From Auanema rhodensis (taxonomy: Eukaryota; Animalia; Nematoda): DNA of 64,000 bases. The DNA lies in the NCBI GenBank assembly GCA_964057225.1, contig OZ059898.1:1178001-1242000 (forward strand), given 5' to 3'. The position numbers and the translations under genes are program-made. Shown piece by piece: positions 12,988 through 28,500 of this stretch (positions within the stretch are counted from its first letter, which is position 1; every line of letters begins with the position of its first letter). Under the pieces are notes generated by a model. It made no database searches, was not told where the DNA came from, and saw only the letters and a list, made by a program, of their open reading frames with translations.

Positions 12988-15900
12988 GTTGAATAACATT
13001 GTCCATCGTCTTTGCCTTGACAAAAGGAATCTAAAAACATCTACTTTTTGCTAAATTATCTTGAAATTTTTCGAAAAAATTTTTGTCAAAATGTTTTTGG
13101 AAGCAATGTTGAGTGTACATGGAAACTCAACATACACTAATGCATCATTTTTCAAACGATCATAACTAATTTTTGTATTAAGCGTTTCTCAATGTAATAC
13201 AGTGCATTCGATGCGGATTTTTAAGCTGCGTCGATCTGTGTTATCAGATTTGCGCTAGCTTAAAAATGCACCGAGATATCAACTGATATAAGTTCACACT
13301 TATATCCTCGATTTTCACCCTGAAGAATTAATTTTTTCGTTGAATAACATTGTCCATCGTCTTTGCCTTGAAAAATGGAATCTAAAAACATCTACTTTTT
13401 GCTAAATTATCTTGAAATTTTTCGAAAAAATTTTTGTCAAAATGTTTTTGGAAGCAATGTTGAGTGTACATGGAAACTCAACATACACTAATGCATCATT
13501 TTTCAAACGATCATAACTAATTTTTGTATTAAGCGTTTCTCAATGTAATATAGTGCATTCGATGCGGATTTTTAAGCTGCGTCGATCTGTGTTATCAGAT
13601 TTGCGCTAGCTTAAAAATGCACCGAGATATCAACTGATATAAGTTCACACTTATATCCTCGATTTTCACCCTGAAGAATTAATTTTTTCGTTGAATAACA
13701 TTGTCCATCGTCTTTGCCTTGAAAAATGGAATCTAAAAACATCTACTTTTTGCTAAATTATCTTGAAATTTTTCGAAAAAATTTTTGTCAAAATGTTTTT
13801 GGAAGCAATGTTGAGTGTACATGGAAACTCAACATACACTAATGCATCATTTTTCAAACGATCATAACTAATTTTTGTATTAAGCGTTTCTCAATGTAAT
13901 ATAGTGCATTCGATGCGGATTTTTAAGCTGCGTCGATCTGTGTTATCAGATTTGCGCTAGCTTAAAAATGCACCGAGATATCAACTGATATAAGTTCACA
14001 CTTATATCCTCGATTTTCACCCTGAAGAATTAATTTTTTCGTTGAATAACATTGTCCATCGTCTTTGCCTTGAAAAATGGAATCTAAAAACATCTACTTT
14101 TTGCTAAATTATTTTGAAATTTTTCGAAAAAATTTTTGTCAAAATGTTTTTGGAAGCAATGTTGAGTGTACATGGAAACTCAACATACACTAATGCATCA
14201 TTTTTCAAACGATCATAACTAATTTTTGTATCAAGCGTTTCTCAATGTAGTATAGTGCATTCGATGCGGATTTTTAAGCTGCGTCGATCTGTGTTATCAG
14301 ATTTGCGCTAGCTTAAAAATGCACCGAGATATCAACTGATATAAGTTCACACTTATATCCTCGATTTTCACCCTGAAGAATTAATTTTTTCGTTGAATAA
14401 CATTGTCCATCGTCTTTGCCTTGAAAAAAGGAATCTAAAAACATCTACTTTTTGCTAAATTATCTTGAAATTTTTCGAAAAAATTTTTGTCAAAATGTTT
14501 TTGGAAGCAATGTTGAGTGTACATGGAAACTCAACATACACTAATGCATCATTTTTCAAACGATCATAACTAATTTTTGTATTAAGCGTTTCTCAATGTA
14601 ATACAGTGCATTCGATGCGGATTTTTAAGCTGCGTCGATCTGTGTTATCAGATTTGCGCTAGCTTAAAAATGCACCGAGATATCAACTGATATAAGTTCA
14701 CACTTATATCCTCGATTTTCACCCTGAAGAATTAATTTTTTCGTTGAATAACATTGTCCATCGTCTTTGCCTTGAAAAATGGAATCTAAAAACATCTACT
14801 TTTTGCTAAATTATCTTGAAATTTTTCGAAAAAATTTTTGTCAAAATGTTTTTGGAAGCAATGTTGAGTGTACATGGAAACTCAACATACACTAATGCAT
14901 CATTTTTCAAACGATCATAACTAATTTTTGTATTAAGCGTTTCTCAATGTAATATAGTGCATTCGATGCGGATTTTTAAGCTGCGTCGATCTGTGTTATC
15001 AGATTTGCGCTAGCTTAAAAATGCACCGAGATATCAACTGATATAAGTTCACACTTATATCCTCGATTTTCACCCTGAAGAATTAATTTTTTCGTTGAAT
15101 AACATTGTCCATCGTCTTTGCCTTGAAAAAAGGAATCTAAAAACATCTACTTTTTGCTAAATTATCTTGAAATTTTTCGAAAAAATTTTTGTCAAAATGT
15201 TTTTGGAAGCAATGTTGAGTGTACATGGAAACTCAACATACACTATTGCATCATTTTTCAAACGATCATAACTAATTTTTGTATTAAGCGTTTCTTAATG
15301 TAATATAGTGCATTCGATGCGGATTTTTAAGCTGCGTCGATCTGTGTTATCAGATTTGCGCTAGCTTAAAAATGCACCGAGATATCAACTGATATAAGTT
15401 CACACTTATATCCTCGATTTTCACCCTGAAGAATTAATTTTTTCGTTGAATAACATTGTCCATCGTCTTTGCCTTGAAAAAAGGAATCTAAAAACATCTA
15501 CTTTTTGCTAAATTATCTTGAAATTTTTCGAAAAAATTTTTGTCAAAATGTTTTTGGAAGCAATGTTGAGTGTACATGGAAACTCAACATACACTAATGC
15601 ATCATTTTTCAAACGATCATAACTAATTTTTGTATTAAGCGTTTCTCAATGTAATATAGTGCATTCGATGCGGATTTTTAAGCTGCGTCGATCTGTGTTA
15701 TCAGATTTGCGCTAGCTTAAAAATGCACCGAGATATCAACTGATATAAGTTCACACTTATATCCTCGATTTTCACCCTGAAGAATTAATTTTTTTGTTGA
15801 ATAACATTGTCCATCGTCTTTGCCTTGAAAAAAGGAATCTAAAAACATCTACTTTTTGCTAAATTATTTTGAAATTTTTCGAAAAAATTTTTGTCAAAAT

Positions 15901-18900
15901 GTTTTTGGAAGCAATGTTGAGTGTACATGGAAACTCAACATACACTAATGCATCATTTTTCAAACGATCATAACTAATTTTTGTATTAAGCGTTTCTCAA
16001 TGTAATATAGTGCATTCGATGCGGATTTTTAAGCTGCGTCGATCTGTGTTATCAGATTTGCGCTAGCTTAAAAATGCACCGAGATATCAACTGATATAAG
16101 TTCACACTTATATCCTCGATTTTCACCCTGAAGAATTAATTTTTTCGTTGAATAACATTGTCCATCGTCTTTGCCTTGAAAAAAGGAATCTAAAAACATC
16201 TACTTTTTGCTAAATTATCTTGAAATTTTTCGAAAAAATTTTTGTCAAAATGTTTTTGGAAGCAATGTTGAGTGTACATGGAAACTCAACATACACTAAT
16301 GCATCATTTTTCAAACGATCATAACTAATTTTTGTATTAAGCGTTTCTCAATGTAATATAGTGCATTCGATGCGGATTTTTAAGCTGCGTCGATCTGTGT
16401 TATCAGATTTGCGCTAGCTTAAAAATGCACCGAGATATCAACTGATATAAGTTCACACTTATATCCTCGATTTTCACCCTGAAGAATTAATTTTTTCGTT
16501 GAATAACATTGTCCATCGTCTTTGCCTTGAAAAAAGGAATCTAAAAACATCTACTTTTTGCTAAATTATCTTGAAATTTTTCGAAAAAATTTTTGTCAAA
16601 ATGTTTTTGGAAGCAATGTTGAGTGTACATGGAAACTCAACATACACTAATGCATCATTTTTCAAACGATCATAACTAATTTTTGTATTAAGCGTTTCTC
16701 AATGTAATATAGTGCATTCGATGCGGATTTTTAAGCTGCGTCGATCTGTGTTATCAGATTTGCGCTAGCTTAAAAATGCACCGAGATATCAACTGATATA
16801 AGTTCACACTTATATCCTCGATTTTCACCCTGAAGAATTAATTTTTTCGTTGAATAACATTGTCCATCGTCTTTGCCTTGAAAAATGGAATCTAAAAACA
16901 TCTACTTTTTGCTAAATTATCTTGAAATTTTTCGAAAAAATTTTTGTCAAAATGTTTTTGGAAGCAATGTTGAGTGTACATGGAAACTCAACATACACTA
17001 ATGCATCATTTTTCAAACGATCATAACTAATTTTTGTATTAAGCGTTTCTTAATGTAATATAGTGCATTCGATGCGGATTTTTAAGCTGCGTCGATCTGT
17101 GTTATCAGATTTGCGCTAGCTTAAAAATGCACCGAGATATCAACTGATATAAGTTCACACTTATATCCTCGATTTTCACCCTGAAGAATTAATTTTTTCG
17201 TTGAATAACATTGTCCATCGTCTTTGCCTTGAAAAAAGGAATCTAAAAACATCTACTTTTTGCTAAATTATCTTGAAATTTTTCGAAAAAATTTTTGTCA
17301 AAATGTTTTTGGAAGCAATGTTGAGTGTACATGGAAACTCAACATACACTAATGCATCATTTTTCAAACGATCATAACTAATTTTTGTATTAAGCGTTTC
17401 TCAATGTAATATAGTGCATTCGATGCGGATTTTTAAGCTGCGTCGATCTGTGTTATCAGATTTGCGCTAGCTTAAAAATGCACCGAGATATCAACTGATA
17501 TAAGTTCACACTTATATCCTCGATTTTCACCCTGAAGAATTAATTTTTTTGTTGAATAACATTGTCCATCGTCTTTGCCTTGAAAAAAGGAATCTAAAAA
17601 CATCTACTTTTTGCTAAATTATTTTGAAATTTTTCGAAAAAATTTTTGTCAAAATGTTTTTGGAAGCAATGTTGAGTGTACATGGAAACTCAACATACAC
17701 TAATGCATCATTTTTCAAACGATCATAACTAATTTTTGTATTAAGCGTTTCTCAATGTAATATAGTGCATTCGATGCGGATTTTTAAGCTGCGTCGATCT
17801 GTGTTATCAGATTTGCGCTAGCTTAAAAATGCACCGAGATATCAACTGATATAAGTTCACACTTATATCCTCGATTTTCACCCTGAAGAATTAATTTTTT
17901 CGTTGAATAACATTGTCCATCGTCTTTGCCTTGAAAAAAGGAATCTAAAAACATCTACTTTTTGCTAAATTATCTTGAAATTTTTCGAAAAAATTTTTGT
18001 CAAAATGTTTTTGGAAGCAATGTTGAGTGTACATGGAAACTCAACATACACTAATGCATCATTTTTCAAACGATCATAACTAATTTTTGTATTAAGCGTT
18101 TCTCAATGTAATATAGTGCATTCGATGCGGATTTTTAAGCTGCGTCGATCTGTGTTATCAGATTTGCGCTAGCTTAAAAATGCACCGAGATATCAACTGA
18201 TATAAGTTCACACTTATATCCTCGATTTTCACCCTGAAGAATTAATTTTTTCGTTGAATAACATTGTCCATCGTCTTTGCCTTGAAAAAAGGAATCTAAA
18301 AACATCTACTTTTTGCTAAATTATCTTGAAATTTTTCGAAAAAATTTTTGTCAAAATGTTTTTGGAAGCAATGTTGAGTGTACATGGAAACTCAACATAC
18401 ACTAATGCATCATTTTTCAAACGATCATAACTAATTTTTGTATTAAGCGTTTCTCAATGTAATATAGTGCATTCGATGCGGATTTTTAAGCTGCGTCGAT
18501 CTGTGTTATCAGATTTGCGCTAGCTTAAAAATGCACCGAGATATCAACTGATATAAGTTCACACTTATATCCTCGATTTTCACCCTGAAGAATTAATTTT
18601 TTCGTTGAATAACATTGTCCATCGTCTTTGCCTTGAAAAATGGAATCTAAAAACATCTACTTTTTGCTAAATTATCTTGAAATTTTTCGAAAAAATTTTT
18701 GTCAAAATGTTTTTGGAAGCAATGTTGAGTGTACATGGAAACTCAACATACACTAATGCATCATTTTTCAAACGATCATAACTAATTTTTGTATTAAGCG
18801 TTTCTCAATGTAATATAGTGCATTCGATGCGGATTTTTAAGCTGCGTCGATCTGTGTTATCAGATTTGCGCTAGCTTAAAAATGCACCGAGATATCAACT

Positions 18901-18954
18901 GATATAAGTTCACACTTATATCCTCGATTTTCACCCTGAAGAATTGATTTTTTC
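12988..18954. repeat. Homogenised sub-array dominated by the ATTATCTTG + GTAATAT haplotype
   Basis: Most of these 17 monomers carry C at monomer position 73 and A at position 210. Confidence 0.85.
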
Positions 18955-19599
18955 GTTGAATAACATTGTCCATCGTCTTTGCCTTGAAAAAAGGAATCTA
19001 AAAACATCTACTTTTTGCTAAATTATTTTGAAATTTTTCGAAAAAATTTTTATCAAAATGTTTTTGTAAGCAATGTTGAGTGTACATGGAAACTCAACAT
19101 ACACTAATGCATCATTTTTCAAACGATCATAACTAATTTTTGTATTAAGCGTTTCTCAATGTAATATAGTGCATTCGATGCGGATTTTTAAGCTGCGTCG
19201 ATCTGTGTTATCAGATTTGCGCTAGCTTAAAAATGCACCGAGATATCAACTGATATAAGTTCACACTTATATCCTCGATTTTCACCCTGAAGAATTGATT
19301 TTTTCGTTGAATAACATTGTCCATCGTCTTTGCCTTGAAAAAAGGAATCTAAAAACATCTACTTTTTGCTAAATTATTTCGAAATTTTTCGAAAAAATTT
19401 TTATCAAAATGTTTTTGTAAGCAATGTTGAGTGTACATGGAAACTCAACATACACTAATGCATCATTTTTCAAACGATCATAACTAATTTTTGTATTAAG
19501 CGTTTCTCAATGTAGTATAGTGCATTTGATGCGGATTTTTAAGCTGCGTCGATCTGTGTTATCAGATTTGCGCTAGCTTTAAAATGCACCGAGATATCA

Positions 19600-22500
19600 A
19601 CTGATATAAGTTCACACATATATACTCGATTTTCACCCTGAAGAATTAATTTTTTCGTTGAATAACATTGTCCATCGTCTTTGCCTTGAAAAATGGAATC
19701 TAAAAACATCTACTTTTTGCTGAATTATTTTGAAATTTTTCGAAAAAATTTTTGTCAAAATGTTTTTGGAAGCAATGTTGAGTGTACATGGAAACTCAAC
19801 ATACACTAATGCATCATTTTTCAAACGATCATAACTAATTTTAGTATTAAGCGTTTCTCAATGTGATATAGTGCATTCGATGCGGATTTTTAAGCTGCGT
19901 CGATCTGTGTTATCAGATTTGCGCTAGCTTAAAAATGCACCGAGATATCAACTGATATAAGTTCACACTTATATCCTCGATTTTCACCCTGAAGAATTAA
20001 TTTTTTCGTTGAATAACATTGTCCATCGTCTTTGCCTTGAAAAAGAAATCTAAAAACATCTACTTTTTGCTAAATTATTTTGAAATTTTTCGAAAAAATT
20101 TTTGTCAAAATGTTTTTGGAAGCAATGTTGAGTGTACATGGAAACTCAACATACACTAATGCATCATTTTTCAAACGATCATAACTAATTTTAGTATTAA
20201 GCGTTTCTCAATGTGATATAGTGCATTCGATGCGGATTTTTAAGCTGCGTCGATCTGTGTTATCAGATTTGCGCTAGCTTAAAAATGCACCGAGATATCA
20301 ACTGATATAAGTTCACACTTATATCCTCGATTTTCACCCTGAAGAATTAATTTTTTCGTTGAATAACATTGTCCATCGTCTTTGCCTTGAAAAAGGAATC
20401 TAAAAACATCTACTTTTTGCTAAATTATTTTGAAATTTTTCGAAAAAATTTTTGTCAAAATGTTTTTGGAAGCAATGTTGAGTGTACATGGAAACTCAAC
20501 ATACACTAATGCATCATTTTTCAAACGATCATAACTAATTTTTGTATTAAGCGTTTCTCAATGTAGTATAGTGCATTTGATGCGGATTTTTAAGCTGCGT
20601 CGATCTGTGTTATCAGATTTGCGCTAGCTTAAAAATGCACCGAGATATCAACTGATATAAGTTCACACTTATATCCTCGATTTTCACCCTGAATAATTAA
20701 TTTTTTCGTTGAATAACATTGTCCATCGTCTTTGACTTGAAAAATGGAATCTAAAAACATCTACTTTTTGCTAAATTATTTTGAAATTTTTCGAAAAAAT
20801 TTTTGTCAAAATGTTTTTGGAAGCAATGTTGAGTGTACATGGAAACTCAACATACACTAATGCATCATTTTTCAAACGATCATAACTAATTTTTGTATCA
20901 AGCGTTTCTCAATGTAGTATAGTGCATTCGATGCGGATTTTTAAGCTGCGTCGATCTGTGTTATCAGATTTGCGCTAGCTTAAAAATGCACCGAGATATC
21001 AACTGATATAAGTTCACACTTATATCCTCGATTTTCACCCTGAAGAATTAATTTTTTCGTTGAATAACATTGTCCATCGTCTTTGCCTTGAAAAAAGGAA
21101 TCTAAAAACATCTACTTTTTGCTAAATTATTTTGAAATTTTTTGAAAAAATTTTTTTCAAAATGTTTTTGGAAGCAATGTTGAGTGTACATGGAAACTCA
21201 ACATACACTAATGCATCATTTTTCAAACGATCATAACTAATTTTTGTATCAAGCGTTTCTCAATGTAGTATAGTGCAATCGATGCGGATTTTTAAGCTGC
21301 GTCGATCTGTGTTATCAGATTTGCGCTAGCTTAAAAATGCACCGAGATATCAACTGATATAAGTTCACACATATATACTCGATTTTCACCCTGAAGAATT
21401 AATTTTTTCGTTGAATAACATTGTCCATCGTCTTTGCCTTGAAAAATGGAATCTAAAAACATCTACTTTTTGCTGAATTATTTTGAAATTTTTCGAAAAA
21501 ATTTTTGTCAAAATGTTTTTGGAAGCAATGTTGAGTGTACATGGAAACTCAACATACACTAATGCATCATTTTTCAAACGATCATAACTAATTTTTGTAT
21601 CAAGCGTTTCTCAATGTAGTATAGTGCAATCGATGCGGATTTTTAAGCTGCGTCGATCTGTGTTATCAGATTTGCGCTAGCTTAAAAATGCACCGAGATA
21701 TCAACTGATATAAGTTCACACATATATACTCGATTTTCACCCTGAAGAATTAATTTTTTCGTTGAATAACATTGTCCATCGTCTTTGCCTTGAAGAATGG
21801 AATCTAAAAACATCTACTTTTTGCTGAATTATTTTGAAATTTTTCGAAAAAATTTTTGTCAAAATGTTTTTGGAAGCAATGTTGAGTGTACATGGAAACT
21901 CAACATACACTAATGCATCATTTTTCAAACGATCATAACTAATTTTAGTATTAAGCGTTTCTCAATGTGATATAGTGCATTCGATGCGGATTTTTAAGCT
22001 GCGTCGATCTGTGTTATCAGATTTACGCTAGCTTAAAAATGCACCGAGATATCAACTGATATAAGTTCACACTTATATCCTCGATTTTCACCCTGAAGAA
22101 TTAATTTTTTCGTTGAATAACATTGTCCATCGTCTTTGCCTTGAAAAAGGAATCTAAAAACATCTACTTTTTGCTAAATTATTTTGAAATTTTTCGAAAA
22201 AATTTTTGTCAAAATGTTTTTGGAAGCAATGTTGAGTGTACATGGAAACTCAACATACACTAATGCATCATTTTTCAAACGATCATAACTAATTTTTGTA
22301 TTAAGCGTTTCTCAATGTAGTATAGTGCATTTGATGCGGATTTTTAAGCTGCGTCGATCTGTGTTATCAGATTTGCGCTAGCTTTAAAATGCACCGAGAT
22401 ATCAACTGATATAAGTTCACACATATATACTCGATTTTCACCCTGAAGAATTAATTTTTTCGTTGAATAACATTGTCCATCGTCTTTGCCTTGAAAAATG

Positions 22501-25500
22501 GAATCTAAAAACATCTACTTTTTGCTGAATTATTTTGAAATTTTTCGAAAAAATTTTTGTCAAAATGTTTTTGGAAGCAATGTTGAGTGTACATGGAAAC
22601 TCAACATACACTAATGCATCATTTTTCAAACGATCATAACTAATTTTTGTATCAAGCGTTTCTCAATGTAGTATAGTGCAATCGATGCGGATTTTTAAGC
22701 TGCGTCGATCTGTGTTATCAGATTTGCGCTAGCTTAAAAATGCACCGAGATATCAACTGATATAAGTTCACACATATATACTCGATTTTCACCCTGAAGA
22801 ATTAATTTTTTCGTTGAATAACAATGTCCATCGTCTTTGCCTTGAAAAATGGAATCTAAAAACATCTACTTTTTGCTGAATTATTTTGAAATTTTTCGAA
22901 AAAATTTTTGTCAAAATGTTTTTGGAAGCAATGTTGAGTGTACATGGAAACTCAACATACACTAATGCATCATTTTTCAAACGATCATAACTAATTTTAG
23001 TATTAAGCGTTTCTCAATGTGATATAGTGCATTCGATGCGGATTTTTAAGCTGCGTCGATCTGTGTTATCAGATTTGCGCTAGCTTAAAAATGCACCGAG
23101 ATATCAACTGATATAAGTTCACACTTATATCCTCGATTTTCACCCTGAAGAATTAATTTTTTCGTTGAATAACATTGTCCATCGTCTTTGCCTTGAAAAA
23201 GGAATCTAAAAACATCTACTTTTTGCTAAATTATTTTGAAATTTTTCGAAAAAATTTTTGTCAAAATGTTTTTGGAAGCAATGTTGAGTGTACATGGAAA
23301 CTCAACATACACTAATGCATCATTTTTCAAACGATCATAACTAATTTTTGTATCAAGCGTTTCTCAATGTAGTATAGTGCAATCGATGCGGATTTTTAAG
23401 CTGCGTCGATCTGTGTTATCAGATTTGCGCTAGCTTAAAAATGCACCGAGATATCAACTGATATAAGTTCACACATATATACTCGATTTTCACCCTGAAG
23501 AATTAATTTTTTCGTTGAATAACATTGTCCATCGTCTTTGCCTTGAAAAATGGAATCTAAAAACATCTACTTTTTGCTGAATTATTTTGAAATTTTTCGA
23601 AAAAATTTTTGTCAAAATGTTTTTGGAAGCAATGTTGAGTGTACATGGAAACTCAACATACACTAATGCATCATTTTTCAAACGATCATAACTAATTTTA
23701 GTATTAAGCGTTTCTCAATGTGATATAGTGCATTCGATGCGGATTTTTAAGCTGCGTCGATCTGTGTTATCAGATTTGCGCTAGCTTAAAAATGCACCGA
23801 GATATCAACTGATATAAGTTCACACTTATATCCTCGATTTTCACCCTGAAGAATTGATTTTTTCGTTGAATAACATTGTCCATCGTCTTTGCCTTGAAAA
23901 AGGAATCTAAAAACATCTACTTTTTGCTAAATTATTTTGAAATTTTTCGAAAAAATTTTTGTCAAAATGTTTTTGGAAGCAATGTTGAGTGTACATGGAA
24001 ACTCAACATACACTAATGCATCATTTTTCAAACGATCATAACTAATTTTTGTATTAAGCGTTTCTCAATGTAGTATAGTGCATTTGATGCGGATTTTTAA
24101 GCTGCGTCGATCTGTGTTATCAGATTTGCGCTAGCTTAAAAATGCACCGAGATATCAACTGATATAAGTTCACACTTATATCCTCGATTTTCACCCTGAA
24201 GAATTAATTTTTTCGTTGAATAACATTGTCCATCGTCTTTGCCTTGAAAAATGGAATCTAAAAACATCTACTTTTTGCTAAATTATTTTGAAATTTTTCG
24301 AAAAAATTTTTGTCAAAATGTTTTTGGAAGCAATGTTGAGTGTACATGGAAACTCAACATACACTAATGCATCATTTTTCAAACGATCATAACTAATTTT
24401 TGTATCAAGCGTTTCTCAATGTAGTATAGTGCATTCGATGCGGATTTTTAAGCTGCGTCGATCTGTGTTATCAGATTTGCGCTAGCTTAAAAATGCACCG
24501 AGATATCAACTGATATAAGTTCACACATATATACTCGATTTTCACCCTGAAGAATTAATTTTTTCGTTGAATAACATTGTCCATCGTCTTTGCCTTGAAA
24601 AATGGAATCTAAAAACATCTACTTTTTGCTGAATTATTTTGAAATTTTTCGAAAAAATTTTTGTCAAAATGTTTTTGGAAGCAATGTTGAGTGTACATGG
24701 AAACTCAACATACACTAATGCATCATTTTTCAAACGATCATAACTAATTTTTGTATCAAGCGTTTCTCAATGTAGTATAGTGCAATCGATGCGGATTTTT
24801 AAGCTGCGTCGATCTGTGTTATCAGATTTGCGCTAGCTTAAAAATGCACCGAGATATCAACTGATATAAGTTCACACATATATACTCGATTTTCACCCTG
24901 AAGAATTAATTTTTTCGTTGAATAACATTGTCCATCGTCTTTGCCTTGAAAAATGGAATCTAAAAACATCTACTTTTTGCTGAATTATTTTGAAATTTTT
25001 CGAAAAAATTTTTGTCAAAATGTTTTTGGAAGCAATGTTGAGTGTACATGGAAACTCAACATACACTAATGCATCATTTTTCAAACGATCATAACTAATT
25101 TTAGTATTAAGCGTTTCTCAATGTGATATAGTGCATTCGATGCGGATTTTTAAGCTGCGTCGATCTGTGTTATCAGATTTGCGCTAGCTTAAAAATGCAC
25201 CGAGATATCAACTGATATAAGTTCACACTTATATCCTCGATTTTCACCCTGAAGAATTAATTTTTTCGTTGAATAACATTGTCCATCGTCTTTGCCTTGA
25301 AAAAGGAATCTAAAAACATTTACTTTTTGCTAAATTATTTTGAAATTTTTCGAAAAAATTTTTGTCAAAATGTTTTTGGAAGCAATGTTGAGTGTACATG
25401 GAAACTCAACATACACTAATGCATCATTTTTCAAACGATCATAACTAATTTTTGTATTAAGCGTTTCTCAATGTAGTATAGTGCATTTGATGCGGATTTT

Positions 25501-28500
25501 TAAGCTGCGTCGATCTGTGTTATCAGATTTGCGCTAGCTTAAAAATGCACCGAGATATCAACTGATATAAGTTCACACTTATATCCTCGATTTTCACCCT
25601 GAAGAATTAATTTTTTCGTTGAATAACATTGTCCATCGTCTTTGCCTTGAAAAATGGAATCTAAAAACATCTACTTTTTGCTAAATTATTTTGAAATTTT
25701 TCGAAAAAATTTTTGTCAAAATGTTTTTGGAAGCAATGTTGAGTGTACATGGAAACTCAACATACACTAATGCATCATTTTTCAAACGATCATAACTAAT
25801 TTTTGTATCAAGCGTTTCTCAATGTAGTATAGTGCAATCGATGCGGATTTTTAAGCTGCGTCGATCTGTGTTATCAGATTTGCGCTAGCTTAAAAATGCA
25901 CCGAGATATCAACTGATATAAGTTCACACATATATACTCGATTTTCACCCTGAAGAATTAATTTTTTCGTTGAATAACATTGTCCATCGTCTTTGCCTTG
26001 AAGAATGGAATCTAAAAACATCTACTTTTTGCTGAATTATTTTGAAATTTTTCGAAAAAATTTTTGTCAAAATGTTTTTGGAAGCAATGTTGAGTGTACA
26101 TGGAAACTCAACATACACTAATGCATCATTTTTCAAACGATCATAACTAATTTTAGTATTAAGCGTTTCTCAATGTGATATAGTGCATTCGATGCGGATT
26201 TTTAAGCTGCGTCGATCTGTGTTATCAGATTTACGCTAGCTTAAAAATGCACCGAGATATCAACTGATATAAGTTCACACTTATATCCTCGATTTTCACC
26301 CTGAAGAATTAATTTTTTCGTTGAATAACATTGTCCATCGTCTTTGCCTTGAAAAAGGAATCTAAAAACATCTACTTTTTGCTAAATTATTTTGAAATTT
26401 TTCGAAAAAATTTTTGTCAAAATGTTTTTGGAAGCAATGTTGAGTGTACATGGAAACTCAACATACACTAATGCATCATTTTTCAAACGATCATAACTAA
26501 TTTTTGTATTAAGCGTTTCTCAATGTAGTATAGTGCATTTGATGCGGATTTTTAAGCTGCGTCGATCTGTGTTATCAGATTTGCGCTAGCTTAAAAATGC
26601 ACCGAGATATCAACTGATATAAGTTCACACTTATATCCTCGATTTTCACCCTGAAGAATTAATTTTTTCGTTGAATAACATTGTCCATCGTCTTTGCCTT
26701 GAAAAATGGAATCTAAAAACATCTACTTTTTGCTGAATTATTTTGAAATTTTTCGAAAAAATTTTTGTCAAAATGTTTTTGGAAGCAATGTTGAGTGTAC
26801 ATGGAAACTCAACATACACTAATGCATCATTTTTCAAACGATCATAACTAATTTTAGTATTAAGCGTTTCTCAATGTGATATAGTGCATTCGATGCGGAT
26901 TTTTAAGCTGCGTCGATCTGTGTTATCAGATTTGCGCTAGCTTAAAAATGCACCGAGATATCAACTGATATAAGTTCACACTTATATCCTCGATTTTCAC
27001 CCTGAAGAATTAATTTTTTCGTTGAATAACATTGTCCATCGTCTTTGCCTTGAAAAAGGAATCTAAAAACATCTACTTTTTGCTAAATTATTTTGAAATT
27101 TTTCGAAAAAATTTTTGTCAAAATGTTTTTGGAAGCAATGTTGAGTGTACATGGAAACTCAACATACACTAATGCATCATTTTTCAAACGATCATAACTA
27201 ATTTTAGTATTAAGCGTTTCTCAATGTGATATAGTGCATTCGATGCGGATTTTTAAGCTGCGTCGATCTGTGTTATCAGATTTGCGCTAGCTTAAAAATG
27301 CACCGAGATATCAACTGATATAAGTTCACACTTATATCCTCGATTTTCACCCTGAAGAATTAATTTTTTCGTTGAATAACATTGTCCATCGTCTTTGCCT
27401 TGAAAAAGGAATCTAAAAACATCTACTTTTTGCTAAATTATTTTGAAATTTTTCGAAAAAATTTTTGTCAAAATGTTTTTGGAAGCAATGTTGAGTGTAC
27501 ATGGAAACTCAACATACACTAATGCATCATTTTTCAAACGATCATAACTAATTTTAGTATTAAGCGTTTCTCAATGTGATATAGTGCATTCGATGCGGAT
27601 TTTTAAGCTGCGTCGATCTGTGTTATCAGATTTACGCTAGCTTAAAAATGCACCGAGATATCAACTGATATAAGTTCACACTTATATCCTCGATTTTCAC
27701 CCTGAAGAATTAATTTTTTCGTTGAATAACATTGTCCATCGTCTTTGCCTTGAAAAAGGAATCTAAAAACATCTACTTTTTGCTAAATTATTTTGAAATT
27801 TTTCGAAAAAATTTTTGTCAAAATGTTTTTGGAAGCAATGTTGAGTGTACATGGAAACTCAACATACACTAATGCATCATTTTTCAAACGATCATAACTA
27901 ATTTTTGTATTAAGCGTTTCTCAATGTAGTATAGTGCATTTGATGCGGATTTTTAAGCTGCGTCGATCTGTGTTATCAGATTTGCGCTAGCTTAAAAATG
28001 CACCGAGATATCAACTGATATAAGTTCACACTTATATCCTCGATTTTCACCCTGAAGAATTAATTTTTTCGTTGAATAACATTGTCCATCGTCTTTGCCT
28101 TGAAAAATGGAATCTAAAAACATCTACTTTTTGCTGAATTATTTTGAAATTTTTCGAAAAAATTTTTGTCAAAATGTTTTTGGAAGCAATGTTGAGTGTA
28201 CATGGAAACTCAACATACACTAATGCATCATTTTTCAAACGATCATAACTAATTTTAGTATTAAGCGTTTCTCAATGTGATATAGTGCATTCGATGCGGA
28301 TTTTTAAGCTGCGTCGATCTGTGTTATCAGATTTGCGCTAGCTTAAAAATGCACCGAGATATCAACTGATATAAGTTCACACTTATATCCTCGATTTTCA
28401 CCCTGAAGAATTAATTTTTTCGTTGAATAACATTGTCCATCGTCTTTGCCTTGAAAAAGGAATCTAAAAACATCTACTTTTTGCTAAATTATTTTGAAAT

